DNA of 64,000 nt, taken from assembly GCF_009914755.1 (NCBI RefSeq), contig NC_060936.1, one strand, 5' to 3'. Within the stretch, counting starts at the first letter, position 1, and each line of letters begins with the position of its first letter. Both the position numbers and the translations under genes were made by a program. This stretch comes from the human T2T-CHM13v2.0 reference genome, Homo sapiens. Of the stretch, positions 63,315-64,000 are shown piece after piece. The notes under the pieces are model-generated. The model was given only the letters and a program-made list of their open reading frames with translations, made no database searches and was not told the origin of the DNA.

Positions 63315-64000
63315 CAAGCAAATGCTGAGAGATTTTGTCACCAACAGGCCTGCTCTAAAAGAGCTCCTGAAGGAAGCACTAAACATGGAAAGGAAAAACC
63401 GGTACTAGCCACTGCAAAAAAATGCCAAATTGTAAAGACCATCGAGGCTAGGAAGAAACTGCATCAACTAACAGGCAAACTAACCAGCTAACATCATAAT
63501 GACAGGATCAAATTCACACATAACAATATTAACCTTAAATGTAAATGGGCTAAATGCTCCAATTAAAAGACACAGACTGGCAAATTGGATGAAGAGTCAA
63601 GACCCATCTGGGTGCTGTATTCAGGAAACCCATCTCACATGCAGAGACAAACATAGGCTCAAAATAAAGGGATGGAGGAAGATCTACCAAGCAAATGGAA
63701 AACAAAAAAAGGCAGGGGTTGCAATCCTAGTCTCTGATAAAACAGACTTTAAATCAACAAAGATCAAAAGAGACAAAGAAGGCCATTATATAATGGTAAA
63801 GGGATCAATTCAACAAGAAGAGCTAACTAGCCTAAATATATATGCACCCAATACAGGAGCACCCAGATTCATAAAGCAAGTCCTGGGTGACCTACAAAGA
63901 GACTTAGACTCCCACACATTAATAATGGGAGACTTTAACACCCCACTGTCAACATTAGACAGATCAACGAGACAGAAAGTCAACAAGGATACCCAGGAAT
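63315..64000 (+). mobile_element. Inverted 5' segment of the same L1 (ORF1 end + ORF2 endonuclease), continuing past the window
   Basis: Abrupt strand switch at GGGTTGT|CAAGCAAATGCTGAGAG. Sense ORF1-end and ORF2-start sequence follow. Confidence 0.88.

Overview
Very AT-rich, repeat-dense primate genomic DNA. It is almost certainly human, because it carries an AluYb8 with the diagnostic 7-bp duplication at 14205-14510. I see no credible host protein-coding exon, RNA gene, CpG island or CRISPR array. The long ORFs in the track come from LINE-1 ORF1/ORF2 remnants, Alus, LTRs or low-complexity tandem repeats, so the window reads as intergenic DNA or a deep intron. Content: several Alus/FLAMs, two large young L1PA copies in inverted orientation (42824-46866 +; 61090-63314 - with a 5' inversion running off the window end), short L1PA 3' fragments, old L1M/L2/MIR relics, solo LTRs (MSTA, MLT1, MLT2A, LTR28/LTR1-like, LTR47-like, LTR16-like), DNA transposons (MADE1, Tigger2-type, MER5), and two AT-rich minisatellites. 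I found no evidence for a new gene system. The most notable structural signals are: (1) a 253-bp perfectly identical tract with three shared non-consensus variants between the two inverted L1s, suggesting gene conversion and an inversion-prone configuration; (2) a ~1.2-kb array of ~46 self-complementary GAGTTCTGCTC(AT)n units grown out of an L1MC 3' end; and (3) several templated-insertion repair scars inside repeats. Subfamily names come from recalled consensus sequences and should be confirmed with RepeatMasker/Dfam. Boundaries of old repeats are approximate.
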